Assembly: GCA_051362555.1 (NCBI GenBank)
Contig: CM120644.1
Location: 3,914,954-3,978,953, forward strand
From: Lingula anatina
Taxonomy: Eukaryota > Animalia > Brachiopoda
Direction of reading: 5' to 3'
Length of the DNA: 64,000 bases
This document shows positions 24,698 through 38,775 of this stretch, in pieces. Each line of letters opens with the position of its first letter. The first letter of the stretch is position 1. Position numbers and translations under genes: made by a program. The notes under the pieces were generated by a model. It worked only from the letters and a program-made list of their open reading frames with translations. It did no database searches and was not told the origin of the DNA.

Positions 24698-27600
24698 GCA
24701 TAAAAACACGGTATACTTTAGAAAGTTTACATTAAGTGATCGATTTAAAACGAACATATTGCTGGTCATTAGAATAAAGTATCCGTCGTCAATAACATTT
24801 CCTTTCTCTTCAGTTAAAAGTACTTAGATTGGTGCCACAGATATTGCAATTAAATTGGGCAAAATCTAACACCGAATGTACTGTATTGCATCTAAATGCC
24901 CTATCTTCTCGGTGGGATTATCAGAGAGAAATTTTTTATTGTTTGACAAAAGTCGCGTCGCCTCTGTTGTTTTTAACAAGCACACATTTTGTCTTTTCCT
25001 GCCCCTCCTTTCATTTCTTGCACCCTTGCTTCTCAAGACTGTTCATAATATGTTCATACAGTACCCGGGGACAAGTCCGCAGTCGACATTTGAAGGAGTA
25101 AAGACTGCTCAATACTAAAACCGCCCAGGTGTGAACAGCTGTGGACCTCATTGTGCTGTATATCGTCAGGGGTGAAAGCAAACGTTATCTCAGCGCAAAA
25201 CAAAATGAAAATAAAAGCATCTGAAGTCATCTAACTAGAAACGTTCCGAGCAGGCCTGTCGATGAAAGCCAAGGAATTTGAATTGATTCAGTAGTTTTTT
25301 TTTAAGTTAAAACAGCACGACATACCATCTGTTAACCGTGTTCAGCAGAAAAATGATATCTTCTCTGTGGAATTATTTGCAAAATATGTTTTATTCAAAA
25401 TTTCCATCGCTGCAATTGCTTATATGGAAATCGCACCAGTTACTAGACATTTGAATGTTTTTTCCCTCTCTTCTTAGGGTCTCGCTAAAACTAAAAGACG
25501 CCTGTTGTGAGTGAACCGGCTTTGATCCCACTACATACTCTTTAATATCATGGGTAAAGCCAAAATTAATCTTAGGGTAAAACAAACTCTCAGTTCCGTG
25601 TTTTTGGTTCTCAAACACGCAAGGCTTCCTGTACATCATGAACTTTACCGTTCATGATAAACTGTGCGTGGGATGAAATGCGGCACCCGGATTATCGATC
25701 GGAGAAGCAGATATACACATGTACATTCAACTTGGCCCTGTCCGTGGCAAGGTTGAAAGTTTCCGTCCGATCATTGAGTAGTAACGAAGCTGGCGTGGCT
25801 CCGTGGTAACTTTGCTGTCTCGTGATCAGACAGAAACCGGTACGCTAGTTCGAGACTCAGGAAATGTAGTAATTTTTTTTCTCCAGAATTAAATCTAAAA
25901 AATTCCGATTGGTTACTATAAGAGGAAACTCGTACGTAGGGAGGGTGGGCGGGTCTGTCACGGCGCAGTCGGTAGCGTGCTTGGATGCAAATGAGGTACC
26001 CAAAGCGCCATCAACCATGGCAACGCAAAGTCACGAGTTCGAATCCCGGATGAGGCACGTCAGTCAATCACGACAACGACCGGGCCCCTGAATCGGGATG
26101 TCACGAGAACCAATCTGGGCTCTCGTGGGTCCTAGCAAATTACCTTTTGCATAAAAACACGGTATACTTTAGAAAGTTTACATTAAGTGATCGATTTAAA
26201 ACGAACATATTGCTGGTCATTAGAATAAAGTATCCGTCGTCAATAACATTTCCTTTCTCTTCAGTTAAAAGTACTTAGATTGGTGCCACAGATATTGCAA
26301 TTAAATTGGGCAAAATCTAACACCGAATGTACTGTATTGCATCTAAATGCCCATGAGTTCTCGGTGGGATTATCAGAGAGAAATTTTTTATTGTTTGACA
26401 AAAGTCGCGTCGCCTCTGTTGTTTTTAACAAGCACACATTTTGTCTTTTCCTGCCCCTCCTTTCATTTCTTGCACCCTTGCTTCTCAAGACTGTTCATAA
26501 TATGTTCATACAGTACCCGGGGGCAAGTCCACAGTCGACATTTGAAGGAGTAAAGACTGCTCAATACTAAAACCGCCCAGGTGTGAACAGCTGTGGACCT
26601 CATTGTGCTGTATATCGTCAGGGGTGAAAGCAAACGTTATCTCAGCGCAAAACAAAATGAAAATAAAAGCATCTGAAGTCATCTAACTAGAAACGTTCCG
26701 AGCAGGCCTGTCGATGAAAGCCAAGGAATTTGAATTGATTCAGTAGTTTCTCTCTGATAATCCCACCGAGAAGATAGGGCATTTAGATGCAATACAGTAC
26801 ATTCGGTGTTAGATTTTGCCCAATTTAATTGCAATATCTGTGGCACCAATCTAAGTACTTTTAACTGAAGAGAAAGGAAATGTTATTGACGACGGATACT
26901 TTATTCTAATGACCAGCAATATGTTCGTTTTAAATCGATCACTTAATGTAAACTTTCTAAAGTATACCGTGTTTTTATGCAAAAGGTAATTTGCTAGGAC
27001 CCACGAGAGCCCAGATTGGTTCTCGTGACATCCCGATTCAGGGGCCCGGTCGTTGTCGTGATTGACTGACGTGCCTCATCCGGGATTCGAACTCGTGACT
27101 TTGCGTTGCCATGGTTGATGGCGCTTTGGGTACCTCATTTGCATCCAAGCACGCTACCGACTGCGCCGTGACAGACCCGCCCACCCTCCCTACGTACGAG
27201 TTTCCTCTTATAGTAACCAATCGGAATTTTTTAGATTTAATTCTGGAGAAAAAAAATTACTACATTTCCTGAGTTTCGAACTAGCGTACCGGTTTCTGTC
27301 TGATCACGAGACAGCAAAGTTACCACGGAGCCACGCCAGCTTCGTTACTACTCAATGATCGGATGGAAACTTTCAACCTTGCCACGGACAGGGCCAAGTT
27401 GGATGTACATGTGTATATCTGCTTCTCCGATCGATAATCCGGGTGCCGCATTTCATCCCACGCACAGTTTATCATGAACGGTAAAATTCATGATGTACAG
27501 GAAGCCTTGCGTGTTTGAGAACCAAAAACACGGAACTGAGAGTTTGTTTTACCCTAAGATTAATTTTGGCTTTACCCATGATATTAAAGAGTATGTAGTG

Positions 27601-30600
27601 GGATCAAAGCCGGTTCACTCACAACAGGCGCCTTTTAGTTTTAGCGAGACCCTAAGAAGAGAGGGAAAAAACATTCAAATGTCTAGTAACTGGTGCGATT
27701 TCCATATAAGCAATTGCAGCGATGGAAATTTTGAATAAAACATATTTTGCAAATAATTCCACAGAGAAGATATCATTTTTCTGCTGAACACGGTTAACAG
27801 ATGGTATGACGTGCTGTTTTAACTTAAAAAACAACTACTGAATCAATTCAAATTCCTTGGCTTTCATCGACAGGCCTGCTCGGAACGTTTCTAGTTAGAT
27901 GACTTCAGATGCTTTTATTTTCATTTTGTTTTGCGCTGAGATAACGTTTGCTTTCACCCCTCACGATATACAGCACAATGAGGTCCACAGCTGTTCACAC
28001 CTGGGCGGTTTTAGTATTGAGCAGTCTTTACTCCTTCAAATGTCGACTGCGGACTTGTCCCCGGGTACTGTATGAACATATTATGAACAGTCTTGAGAAG
28101 CAAGGGTGCAAGAAATGAAAGGAGGGGCAGGAAAAGACAAAATGTGTGCTTGTTAAAAACAACAGAGGCGACGCGACTTTTGTTAAACAATTAAAAATTT
28201 CTCTCTGATAATCCCACCGAGAAGATAGGGCATTTAGATGCAATACAGTACATTCGGTGTTAGATTTTGCCCAATTTAATTGCAATATCTGTGGCACCAA
28301 TCTAAGTACTTTTAACTGAAGAGAAAGGAAATGTTATTGACGACGGATACTTTATTCTAATGACCAGCAATATGTTCGTTTTAAATCGATCACTTAATGT
28401 AAACTTTCTAAAGTATACCGTGTTTTTATGCAAAAGGTAATTTGCTAGGACCCACGAGAGCCCAGATTGGTTCTCGTGACATCCCGATTCAGGGGCCCGG
28501 TCGTTGTCGTGATTGACTGACGTGCCTCATCCGGGATTCGAACTCGTGACTTTGCGTTGCCATGGTTGATGGCGCTTTGGGTACCTCATTTGCATCCAAG
28601 CACGCTACCGACTGCGCCGTGACAGACCCGCCCACCCTCCCTACGTACGAGTTTCCTCTTATAGTAACCAATCGGAATTTTTTAGATTTAATTCTGGAGA
28701 AAAAAAATTACTACATTTCCTGAGTTTCGAACTAGCGTACCGGTTTCTGTCTGATCACGAGACAGCAAAGTTACCACGGAGCCACGCCAGCTTCGTTACT
28801 ACTCAATGATCGGATGGAAACTTTCAACCTTGCCACGGACAGGGCCAAGTTGGATGTACATGTGTATATCTGCTTCTCCGATCGATAATCCGGGTGCCGC
28901 ATTTCATCCCACGCACAGTTTATCAAGAACGGTAAAATTCATGATGTACAGGAAGCCTTGCGTGTTTGAGAACCAAAAACACGGAACTGAGAGTTTGTTT
29001 TACCCTAAGATTAATTTTGGCTTTACCCATGATATTAAAGAGTATGTAGTGGGATCAAAGCCGGTTCACTCACAACAGGCGCCTTTTAGTTTTAGCGAGA
29101 CCCTAAGAAGAGAGGGAAAAAACATTCAAATGTCTAGTAACTGGTGCGATTTCCATATAAGCAATTGCAGCGATGGAAATTTTGAATAAAACATATTTTG
29201 CAAATAATTCCACAGAGAAGATATCATGTTTCTGCTGAACACGGTTAACAGATGGTATGACGTGCTGTTTTAACTTAAAAAACAACTACTGAATCAATTC
29301 AAATTCGTTGGCTTTCATCGACAGGCCTGCTCGGAACGTTTCTAGTTAGATGACTTCAGATGCTTTTATTTTCATTTTGTTTTGCGCTGAGATAACGTTT
29401 GCTTTCACCCCTCACGATATACAGCACAATGAGGTCCACAGCTGTTCACACCTGGGCGGTTTTAGTATTGAGCAGTCTTTACTCCTTCAAATGTCGACTG
29501 CGGACTTGTCCCCGGGTACTGTATGAACATATTATGAACAGTCTTGAGAAGCAAGGGTGCAAGAAATGAAAGGAGGGGCAGGAAAAGACAAAATGTGTGC
29601 TTGTTAAAAACAACAGAGGCGACGCGACTTTTGTTAAACAATTAAAAATTTCTCTCTGATAATCCCACCGAGAAGATAGGGCATTTAGATGCAATACAGT
29701 ACATTCGGTGTTAGATTTTGCCCAATTTAATTGCAATATCTGTGGCACCAATCTAAGTACTTTTAACTGAAGAGAAAGGAAATGTTATTGACGACAGATA
29801 CTTTATTCTAATGACCAGCAATATGTTCGTTTTAAATCGATCACTTAATGTAAACTTTCTAAAGTATACCGTGTTTTTTATGCAAAAGGTAATTTGCTAG
29901 GACCCACGAGAGCCCAGATTGGTTCTCGTGACATCCCGATTCAGGGGCCCGGTCGTTGTCGTGATTGACTGACGTGCCTCATCCGGGACTGGAACTCGTG
30001 ACTTTGCGTTGCCATGGTTGATGGCGCTTTGGGTACCTCATTTGCATCCAAGCACGCTACCGACTGTGCCGTGACAGACCCGCCCACCCTACCTACGTAC
30101 GAGTTTCCTCATATATTAACCAATCGGATTTTTTTAGATTTAATTCTGGAGAAAAAAAATACCACATTTGCTGAGTCTCGAACCAGCGTTCCGGTTTTTG
30201 TCTGATCACGAGACAGCAAAGTTACCACGGAGCCACGCCAGCTTCGTTACTACTCAATGATCGGACGGAAACTTTCAACCTTGCCACGGACAGGGCCAAG
30301 TTGAATGTACATGTGTATATCTGCTTCTCCGATCGATAATCCGGGTGCCGCATTTCATCCCACGCACAGTTTATCATGAACGGTAAAATTCATGATGTAC
30401 AGGAAGCCTTGCGTGTTTGAGAACCAAAAACACGGAACTGAGAGTTTGTTTTACCCTAAGATTAATTTTGGCTTTACCCATGATATTAAAGAGTATGTAG
30501 TGGGATCAAAGCCGGTTCACTCACAACAGGCGTCTTTTAGTTTTAGCGAGACCCTAAGAAGAGAGGGAAAAAACATTCAAATGTCTAGTAACTGGTGCGA

Positions 30601-33600
30601 TTTCCATATAAGCAATTGCAGCGATGGAAATTTTGAATAAAACATATTTTGCAAATAATTCCACAGAGAAGATATCATGTTTCTGCTGAACACGGTTAAC
30701 AGATGGTATGACGTGCTGTTTTAACTTTAAAAAAAACTACTGAATCAATTCAAATTCCTTGGCTTTCATCGACAGGCCTGCTCGGAACGTTTCTAGTTAG
30801 ATGACTTCAGATGCTTTTATTTTCATTTTGTTTTGCGCTGAGATAACGTTTGCTTTCACCCCTGACGATATACAGCACAATGAGGTCCACAGCTGTTCAC
30901 ACCTGGGCGGTTTTAGTATTGAGCAGTCTTTACTCCTTCAAATGTCGACTGCGGACTTGCCCCCGGGTACTGTATGAACATATTATGAACAGTCTTGAGA
31001 AGCAAGGGTGCAAGAAATGAAAGGAGGGGCAGGAAAAGACAAAATGTGTGCTTGTTAAAAACAACAGAGGCGACGCGACTTTTGTCAAACAATAAAAAAA
31101 TTCTCTCTGATAATCCCACCGAGAAGATAGGGCATTTAGATGCAATACAGTACATTCGGTGTTAGATTTTGCCCAATTTAATTGCAATATCTGTGGCACC
31201 AATCTAAGTACTTTTAACTGAAGAGAAAGGAAATGTTATTGACGACGGATACTTTATTCTAATGACCAGCAATATGTTCGTTTTAAATCGATCACTTAAT
31301 GTAAACTTTCTAAAGTATACCGTGTTTTTATGCAAAAGGTAATTTGCTAGGACCCACGAGAGCCCAGATTGGTTCTCGTGACATCCCGATTCAGGGGCCC
31401 GGTCGTTGTCGTGATTGACTGACGTGCCTCATCCGGGATTCGAACTCGTGACTTTGCGTTGCCATGGTTGATGGCGCTTTGGGTACCTCATTTGCATCCA
31501 AGCACGCTACCGACTGCGCCGTGACAGACCCGCCCACCTTCCTACGTACGAGTTTCCTCTTATAGTAACCAATCGGAATTTTTTAGATTTAATTCTGGAG
31601 AAAAAAAATTACTACATTTCCTGAGTCTCGAACCAGCGTACCGGTTTCTGTCTGATCACGAGACAGCAAAGTTACCACGGAGCCACGCCAGCTTCGTTAC
31701 TACTCAATGATCGGACGGAAACTTTCAACCTTGCCACGGACAGGGCCAAGTTGGATGTACATGTGTATATCTGCTTCTCCGATCGATAATCCGGGTGCCG
31801 CATTTCATCCCACGCACAGTTTATCATGAACGGTAAAGTTCATGATGTACAGGAAGCCTTGCGTGTTTGAGAACCAAAAACACGGAACTGAGAGTTTGTT
31901 TTACCCTAAGATTAATTTTGGCTTTACCCATGATATTAAAGAGTATGTAGTGGGATCAAAGCCGGTTCACTCACAACAGGCGTCTTTTAGTTTTAGCGAG
32001 ACCCTAAGAAGAGAGGGAAAAAACATTCAAATGTCTAGTAACTGGTGCGATTTCCATATAAGCAATTGCAGCGATGGAAATTTTGAATAAAACATATTTT
32101 GCAAATAATTCCACAGAGAAGATATCATTTTTCTGCTGAACACGGTTAACAGATGGTATGTCGTGCTGTTTTAACTTAAAAAAAAACTACTGAATCAATT
32201 CAAATTCCTTGGCTTTCATCGACAGGCCTGCTCGGAACGTTTCTAGTTAGATGACTTCAGATGCTTTTATTTTCATTTTGTTTTGCGCTGAGATAACGTT
32301 TGCTTTCACCCCTGACGATATACAGCACAATGAGGTCCACAGCTGTTCACACCTGGGCGGTTTTAGTATTGAGCAGTCTTTACTCCTTCAAATGTCGACT
32401 GCGGACTTGCCCCCGGGTACTGTATGAACATATTATGAACAGTCTTGAGAAGCAAGGGTGCAAGAAATGAAAGGAGGGGCAGGAAAAGACAAAATGTGTG
32501 CTTGTTAAAAACAACAGAGGCGACGCGACTTTTGTTAAACAATTAAAAATTTCTCTCTGATAATCCCACCGAGAAGATAGGGCATTTAGATGCAATACAG
32601 TACATTCGGTGTTAGATTTTGCCCAATTTAATTGCAATATCTGTGGCACCAATCTAAGTACTTTTAACTGAAGAGAAAGGAAATGTTATTGACGACGGAT
32701 ACTTTATTCTAATGACCAGCAATATGTTCGTTTTAAATCGATCACTTAATGTAAACTTTCTAAAGTATACCGTGTTTTTATGCAAAAGGTAATTTGCTAG
32801 GACCCACGAGAGCCCAGATTGGTTCTCGTGACATCCCGATTCAGGGGCCCGGTCGTTGTCGTGATTGACTGACGTGCCTCATCCGGGACTCGAACTCGTG
32901 ACTTTGCGTTGCCATGGTTGATGGCGCTTTGAGTACCTCATTTGCATCCAAGCACGCTACCGACTGCGCCGTGACAGACCCGCCCACCCTACCTACGTAC
33001 GAGTTTCCTCTTATAGTAACCAATCGGAATTTTTTAGATTTAATTCTGGAGAAAAAAAATACCACATTTGCTGAGTCTCGAACCAGCGTACCGGTTTCTG
33101 TCTGATCACGAGACAGCAAAGTTACCACGGAGCCACGCCAGCTTCGTTACTACTCAATGATCGGACGGAAACTTTCAACCTTGCCACGGACAGGGCCAAG
33201 TTGAATGTACATGTGTATATCTGCTTCTCCGATCGATAATCCGGGTGCCGCATTTCATCCCACGCACAGTTTATCATGAACGGTAAAATTCATGATGTAC
33301 AGGAAGCCTTGCGTGTTTGAGAACCAAAAACACGGAACTGAGAGTTTGTTTTACCCTAAGATTAATTTTGGCTTTACCCATGATATTAAAGAGTATGTAG
33401 TGGGATCAAAGCCGGTTCACTCACAACAGGCGTCTTTTAGTTTTAGCGAGACCCTAAGAAGAGAGGGAAAAAAACATTCAAATGTCTAGTAACTGGTGCG
33501 ATTTCCATATAAGCAATTGCAGCGATGGAAATTTTGAATAAAACATATTTTGCAAATAATTCCACAGAGAAGATATCATGTTTCTGCTGAACACGGTTAA

Positions 33601-36600
33601 CAGATGGTATGACGTGCTGTTTTAACTTAAAAAAAAACTACTGAATCAATTCAAATTCCTTGGCTTTCATCGACAGGCCTGCTCGGAACGTTTCTAGTTA
33701 GATGACTTCAGATGCTTTTATTTTCATTTTGTTTTGCGCTGAGATAACGTTTGCTTTCACCCCTGACGATATACAGCACAATGAGGTCCACAGCTGTTCA
33801 CACCTGGGCGGTTTTAGTATTGAGCAGTCTTTACTCCTTCAAATGTCGACTGCGGACTTGCCCCCGGGTACTGTATGAACATATTATGAACAGTCTTGAG
33901 AAGCAAGGGTGCAAGAAATGAAAGGAGGGGCAGGAAAAGACAAAATGTGTGCTTGTTAAAAACAACAGAGGCGACGCGACTTTTGTCAAACAATAAAAAA
34001 TTTCTCTCTGATAATCCCACCGAGAAGATAGGGCATTTAGATGCAATACAGTACATTCGGTGTTAGATTTTGCCCAATTTAATTGCAATATCTGTGGCAC
34101 CAATCTAAGTACTTTTAACTGAAGAGAAAGGAAATGTTATTGACGACGGATACTTTATTCTAATGACCAGCAATATGTTCATTTTAAATCGATCACTTAA
34201 TGTAAACTTTCTAAAGTATACCGTGTTTTTATGCAAAAGGTAATTTGCTAGGACCCACGAGAGCCCAGATTGGTTCTCGTGACATCCCGATTCAGGGGCC
34301 CGGTCGTTGTCGTGATTGACTGACGTGCCTCATCCGGGATTCGAACTCGTGACTTTGCGTTGCCATGGTTGATGGCGCTTTGAGTACCTCATTTGCATCC
34401 AAGCACGCTACCGACTGCGCCGTGACAGACCCGACCACCCTCCCTACGTACGAGTTTCCTCTTATAGTAACCAATCGGAATTTTTTAGATTTAATTCTGG
34501 AGAAAAAAGTTACTACATTTCCTGAGTCTCGAACCAGCGTACCGGTTTCTGTCTGATCACGAGACAGCAAAGTTACCACGGAGACACACCAGCTTCGTTA
34601 CTACTCAATGATCGGATGGAAACTTTCAACCTTGCCACGGACAGGGCCAAGTTGGATGTACATGTGTATATCTGCTTCTCCGATCGATAATCCGGGTGCC
34701 GCATTTCATCCCACGCACAGTTTATCTTGAACGGTAAAATTCATGATGTACAGGAAGCCATGCGTGTTTGAGAACCAGAAACACGGAACTGAGAGTTTGT
34801 TTTACCCTAAGATTAATTTTGGCTTTACCCATGATATTAAAGAGTATGTAGTGGGATCAAAGCCGGTTCACTCACAACAGGCGTCTTTTAGTTTTAGCGA
34901 GACCCTAAGAAGAGAGGGAAAAAACATTCAAATGTCTAGTAACTGGTGCGATTTCCATATAAACAATTGCAGCGATGGAAATTTTGAATAAAACACATTT
35001 TGCAAATAATTCCACAGAGAAGATATCATTTTTCTGCTGAACACGGTTAACAGATGGTATGACGTGCTGTTTTAACTTAAAAAACAACTACTGAATCAAT
35101 TCAAATTCGTTGGCTTTCATCGACAGGCCTGCTCGGAACGTTTCTAGTTAGATGACTTCAGATGCTTTTATTTTCATTTTGTTTTGCGCTGAGATAACGT
35201 TTGCTTTCACCCCTCACGATATACAGCACAATGAGGTCCACAGCTGTTCACACCTGGGCGGTTTTAGTATTGAGCAGTCTTTACTCCTTCAAATGTCGAC
35301 TGCGGACTTGCCCCCGGGTACTGTATGAACATATTATGAACAGTCTTGAGAAGCAAGGGTGCAAGAAATGAAAGGAGGGGCAGGAAAAGACAAAATGTGT
35401 GCTTGTTAAAAACAACAGAGGCGACGCAACTTTTGTTAAACAATTAAAAATTTCTCTCTGATAATCCCACCGAGAAGATAGGGCATTTAGATGCAATACA
35501 GTACATTCGGTGTTAGATTTTGCCCAATTTAATTGCAATATCTGTGGCACCAATCTAAGTACTTTTAACTGAAGAGAAAGGAAATGTTATTGACGACGGA
35601 TACTTTATTCTAATGACCAGCAATATGTTCGTTTTAAATCGATCACTTAATGTAAACTTTCTAAAGTATACCGTGTTTTTATGCAAAAGGTAATTTGCTA
35701 GGACCCACGAGAGCCCAGATTGGTTCTCGTGACATCCCGATTCAGGGGCCCGGTCGTTGTCGTGATTGACTGACGTGCCTCATCCGGGATTCGAACTCGT
35801 GACTTTGCGTTGCCATGGTTGATGGCGCTTTGAGTACCTCATTTGCATCCAAGCACGCTACCGACTGCGCCGTGACAGACCCGCCCACCCTCCATACGTA
35901 CGAGTTTCCTCTTATAGTAACCAATCGGAATTTTTTAGATTTAATTCTGGAGAAAAAAATTACTACATTTCCTGAATCTCGAACCAGCGTACCGGTTTCT
36001 GTCTGATCACGAGACAGCAAAGTTACCACGGAGCCACGCCAGCTTCGATACTACTCAATGATCAGATGGAAACTTTCAACCTTGCCACGGACAGGGCCAA
36101 GTTGGATGTACATGTGTATATCTGCTTCTCCGATCGATAATCCGGGTGCCGCATTTCATCCCACGCACAGTTTATCATGAACGGTAAAATTCATGATGTA
36201 CAGGAAGCCATGCGTGTTTGAGAACCAAAAACACGGAACTGAGAGTTTGTTTTACCCTAAGATTAATTTTGGCTTTACCCATGATATTAAAGAGTATGTA
36301 GTGGGATCAAAGCCGGTTCACTCACAACAGGCGTCTTTTAGTTTTAGCGAGACCCTAAGAAGAGAGGGAAAAAACATTCAAATGTCTAGTAACTGGTGCG
36401 ATTTCCATATAAACAATTGCAGCGATGGAAATTTTGAATAAAACACATTTTGCAAATAATTCCACAGAGAAGATATCATTTTTCTGCTGAACACGGTTAA
36501 CAGATGGTATGACGTGCTGTTTTAACTTTAAAAAAAACTACTGAATCAATTCAAATTCCTTGGCTTTCATCGACAGGCCTGCTCGGAACGTTTCTAGTTA

Positions 36601-38775
36601 GATGACTTCAGATGCTTTTATTTTCATTTTGTTTTGCGCTGAGATAACGTTTGCTTTCACCCCTGACGATATACAGCACAATGAGGTCCACAGCTGTTCA
36701 CACCTGGGCGGTTTTAGTATTGAGCAGTCTTTACTCCTTCAAATGTCGACTGCGGACTTGCCCCCGGGTACTGTATGAACATATTATGAACAGTCTTGAG
36801 AAGCAAGGGTGCAAGAAATGAAAGGAGGGGCAGGAAAAGACAAAATGTGTGCTTGTTAAAAACAACAGAGGCGACGCAACTTTTGTTAAACAATTAAAAA
36901 TTTCTCTCTGATAATCCCACCGAGAAGATAGGGCATTTAGATGCAATACAGTACATTCGGTGTTAGATTTTGCCCAATTTAATTGCAATATCTGTGGCAC
37001 CAATCTAAGTACTTTTAACTGAAGAGAAAGGAAATGTTATTGACGACGGATACTTTATTCTAATGACCAGCAATATGTTCGTTTTAAATCGATCACTTAA
37101 TGTAAACTTTCTAAAGTATACCGTGTTTTTTATGCAAAAGGTAATTTGCTAGGACCCACGAGAGCCCAGATTGGTTCTCGTGACATCCCGATTCAGGGGC
37201 CCGGTCGTTGTCGTGATTGACTGACGTGCCTCATCCGGGACTCGAACTCGTGACTTTGCGTTGCCATGGTTGATGGCGCTTTGGGTACCTCATTTGCATC
37301 CAAGCACGCTACCGACTGTGCCGTGACAGACCCGCCCACCCTACCTACGTACGAGTTTCCTCATATAGTAACCAATCGGATTTTTTTAGATTTAATTCTG
37401 GAGAAAAAAAATACCACATTTGCTGAGTCTCGAACCAGCGTTCCGGTTTCTGTCTGATCACGAGACAGCAAAGTTACCACGGAGCCACGCCAGCTTCGTT
37501 ACTACTCAATGATCAGATGGAAACTTTCAACCTTGCCACGGACAGGGCCAAGTTGGATGTACATGTGTATATCTGCTTCTCCGATCGATAATCCGGGTGC
37601 CGCATTTCATCCCACGCACAGTTTATCATGAACGGTAAAATTCATGATGTACAGGAAGCCATGCGTGTTTGAGAACCAAAAACACGGAACTGAGAGTTTG
37701 TTTTACCCTAAGATTAATTTTGGCTTTACCCATGATATTAAAGAGTATGTAGTGGGATCAAAGCCGGTTCACTCACAACAGGCGTCTTTTAGTTTTAGCG
37801 AGACCCTAAGAAGAGAGGGAAAAAACATTCAAATGTCTAGTAACTGGTGCGATTTCCATATAAGCAATTGCAGCGATGGAAATTTTTGAATAAAACATAT
37901 TTTGCAAATAATTCCACAGAGAAGATATCATTTTTCTGCTGAACACGGTTAACAGATGGTATGACGTGCTGTTTTAACTTAAAAAAAAAAAACTACTGAA
38001 TCAATTAAAATTCCTTGGCTTTCATCGACAGGCCTGCTCGGAACGTTTCTAGTTAGATGACTTCAGATGCTTTTATTTTCATTTTGTTTTGCGCTGAGAT
38101 AACGTTTGCTTTCACCCCTGACGATATACAGCACAATGAGGTCCACAGCTGTTCACACCTGGGCGGTTTTAGTATTGAGCAGTCTTTACTCCTTCAAATG
38201 TCGACTGCGGACTTGCCCCCGGGTACTGTATGAACATATTATGAACAGTCTTGAGAAGCAAGGGTGCAAGAAATGAAAGGAGGGGCAGGAAAAGACAAAA
38301 TGTGTGCTTGTTAAAAACAACAGAGGCGACGCGACTTTTGTTAAACAATTAAAAATTTCTCTCTGATAATCCCACCGAGAAGATAGGGCATTTAGATGCA
38401 ATACAGTACATTCGGTGTTAGATTTTGCCCAATTTAATTGCAATATCTGTGGCACCAATCTAAGTACTTTTAACTGAAGAGAAAGGAAATGTTATTGACG
38501 ACGGATACTTTATTCTAATGACCAGCAATATGTTCGTTTTAAATCGATCACTTAATGTAAACTTTCTAAAGTATACCGTGTTTTTATGCAAAAGGTAATT
38601 TGCTAGGACCCACGAGAGCCCAGATTGGTTCTCGTGACATCCCGATTCAGGGGCCCGGTCGTTGTCGTGATTGACTGACGTGCCTCATCCGGGATTCGAA
38701 CTCGTGACTTTGCGTTGCCATGGTTGATGGCGCTTTGGGTACCTCATTTGCATCCAAGCACGCTACCGACTGCGC

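Larger units (their letters stand above)
23061..38775. repeat. 15.7-kb tandem array of a ~1451-bp unit: ~2.5 units in one orientation (23061-26749), ~8.3 units inverted (26747-38775)
   Basis: The same ORFs recur every 1450-1455 bp and switch strand. Junction CAGTAG-TTT-CTCTCTGATAA at 26747-26749. Confidence 0.97.

Noticed and set aside
25470-25582. Array RNA as telomerase RNA, given nearby TERT and two TTAGGG per unit
   Set aside because: Only single hexamers (ACCCTAAG on the other strand), no ~1.5-repeat CTAACCCTAA template, and they lie outside the Pol III cassettes.
25953-26058. Intron-containing tRNA-Cys (GCA after a CTTGG stem)
   Set aside because: The D-arm is good but acceptor, anticodon and T stems have several mismatches; reported as tRNA-like ncRNA instead.
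26384-26749. Inversion as a pure read fold-back artefact
   Set aside because: Arms differ at several positions, are very unequal in length and end in different unique flanks. Not fully excluded without reads.
23375-38458. Recurrent 60-127-aa ORFs in the array as proteins
   Set aside because: Mostly non-ATG starts, no recognisable domains, frameshifted in some copies; recurrence follows from the repeat.
23061-38775. Array as 5S rDNA, U snRNA or histone cluster
   Set aside because: No 5S, U1, U2, U4, U5 or U6 signature sequences and no histone ORFs found by eye.
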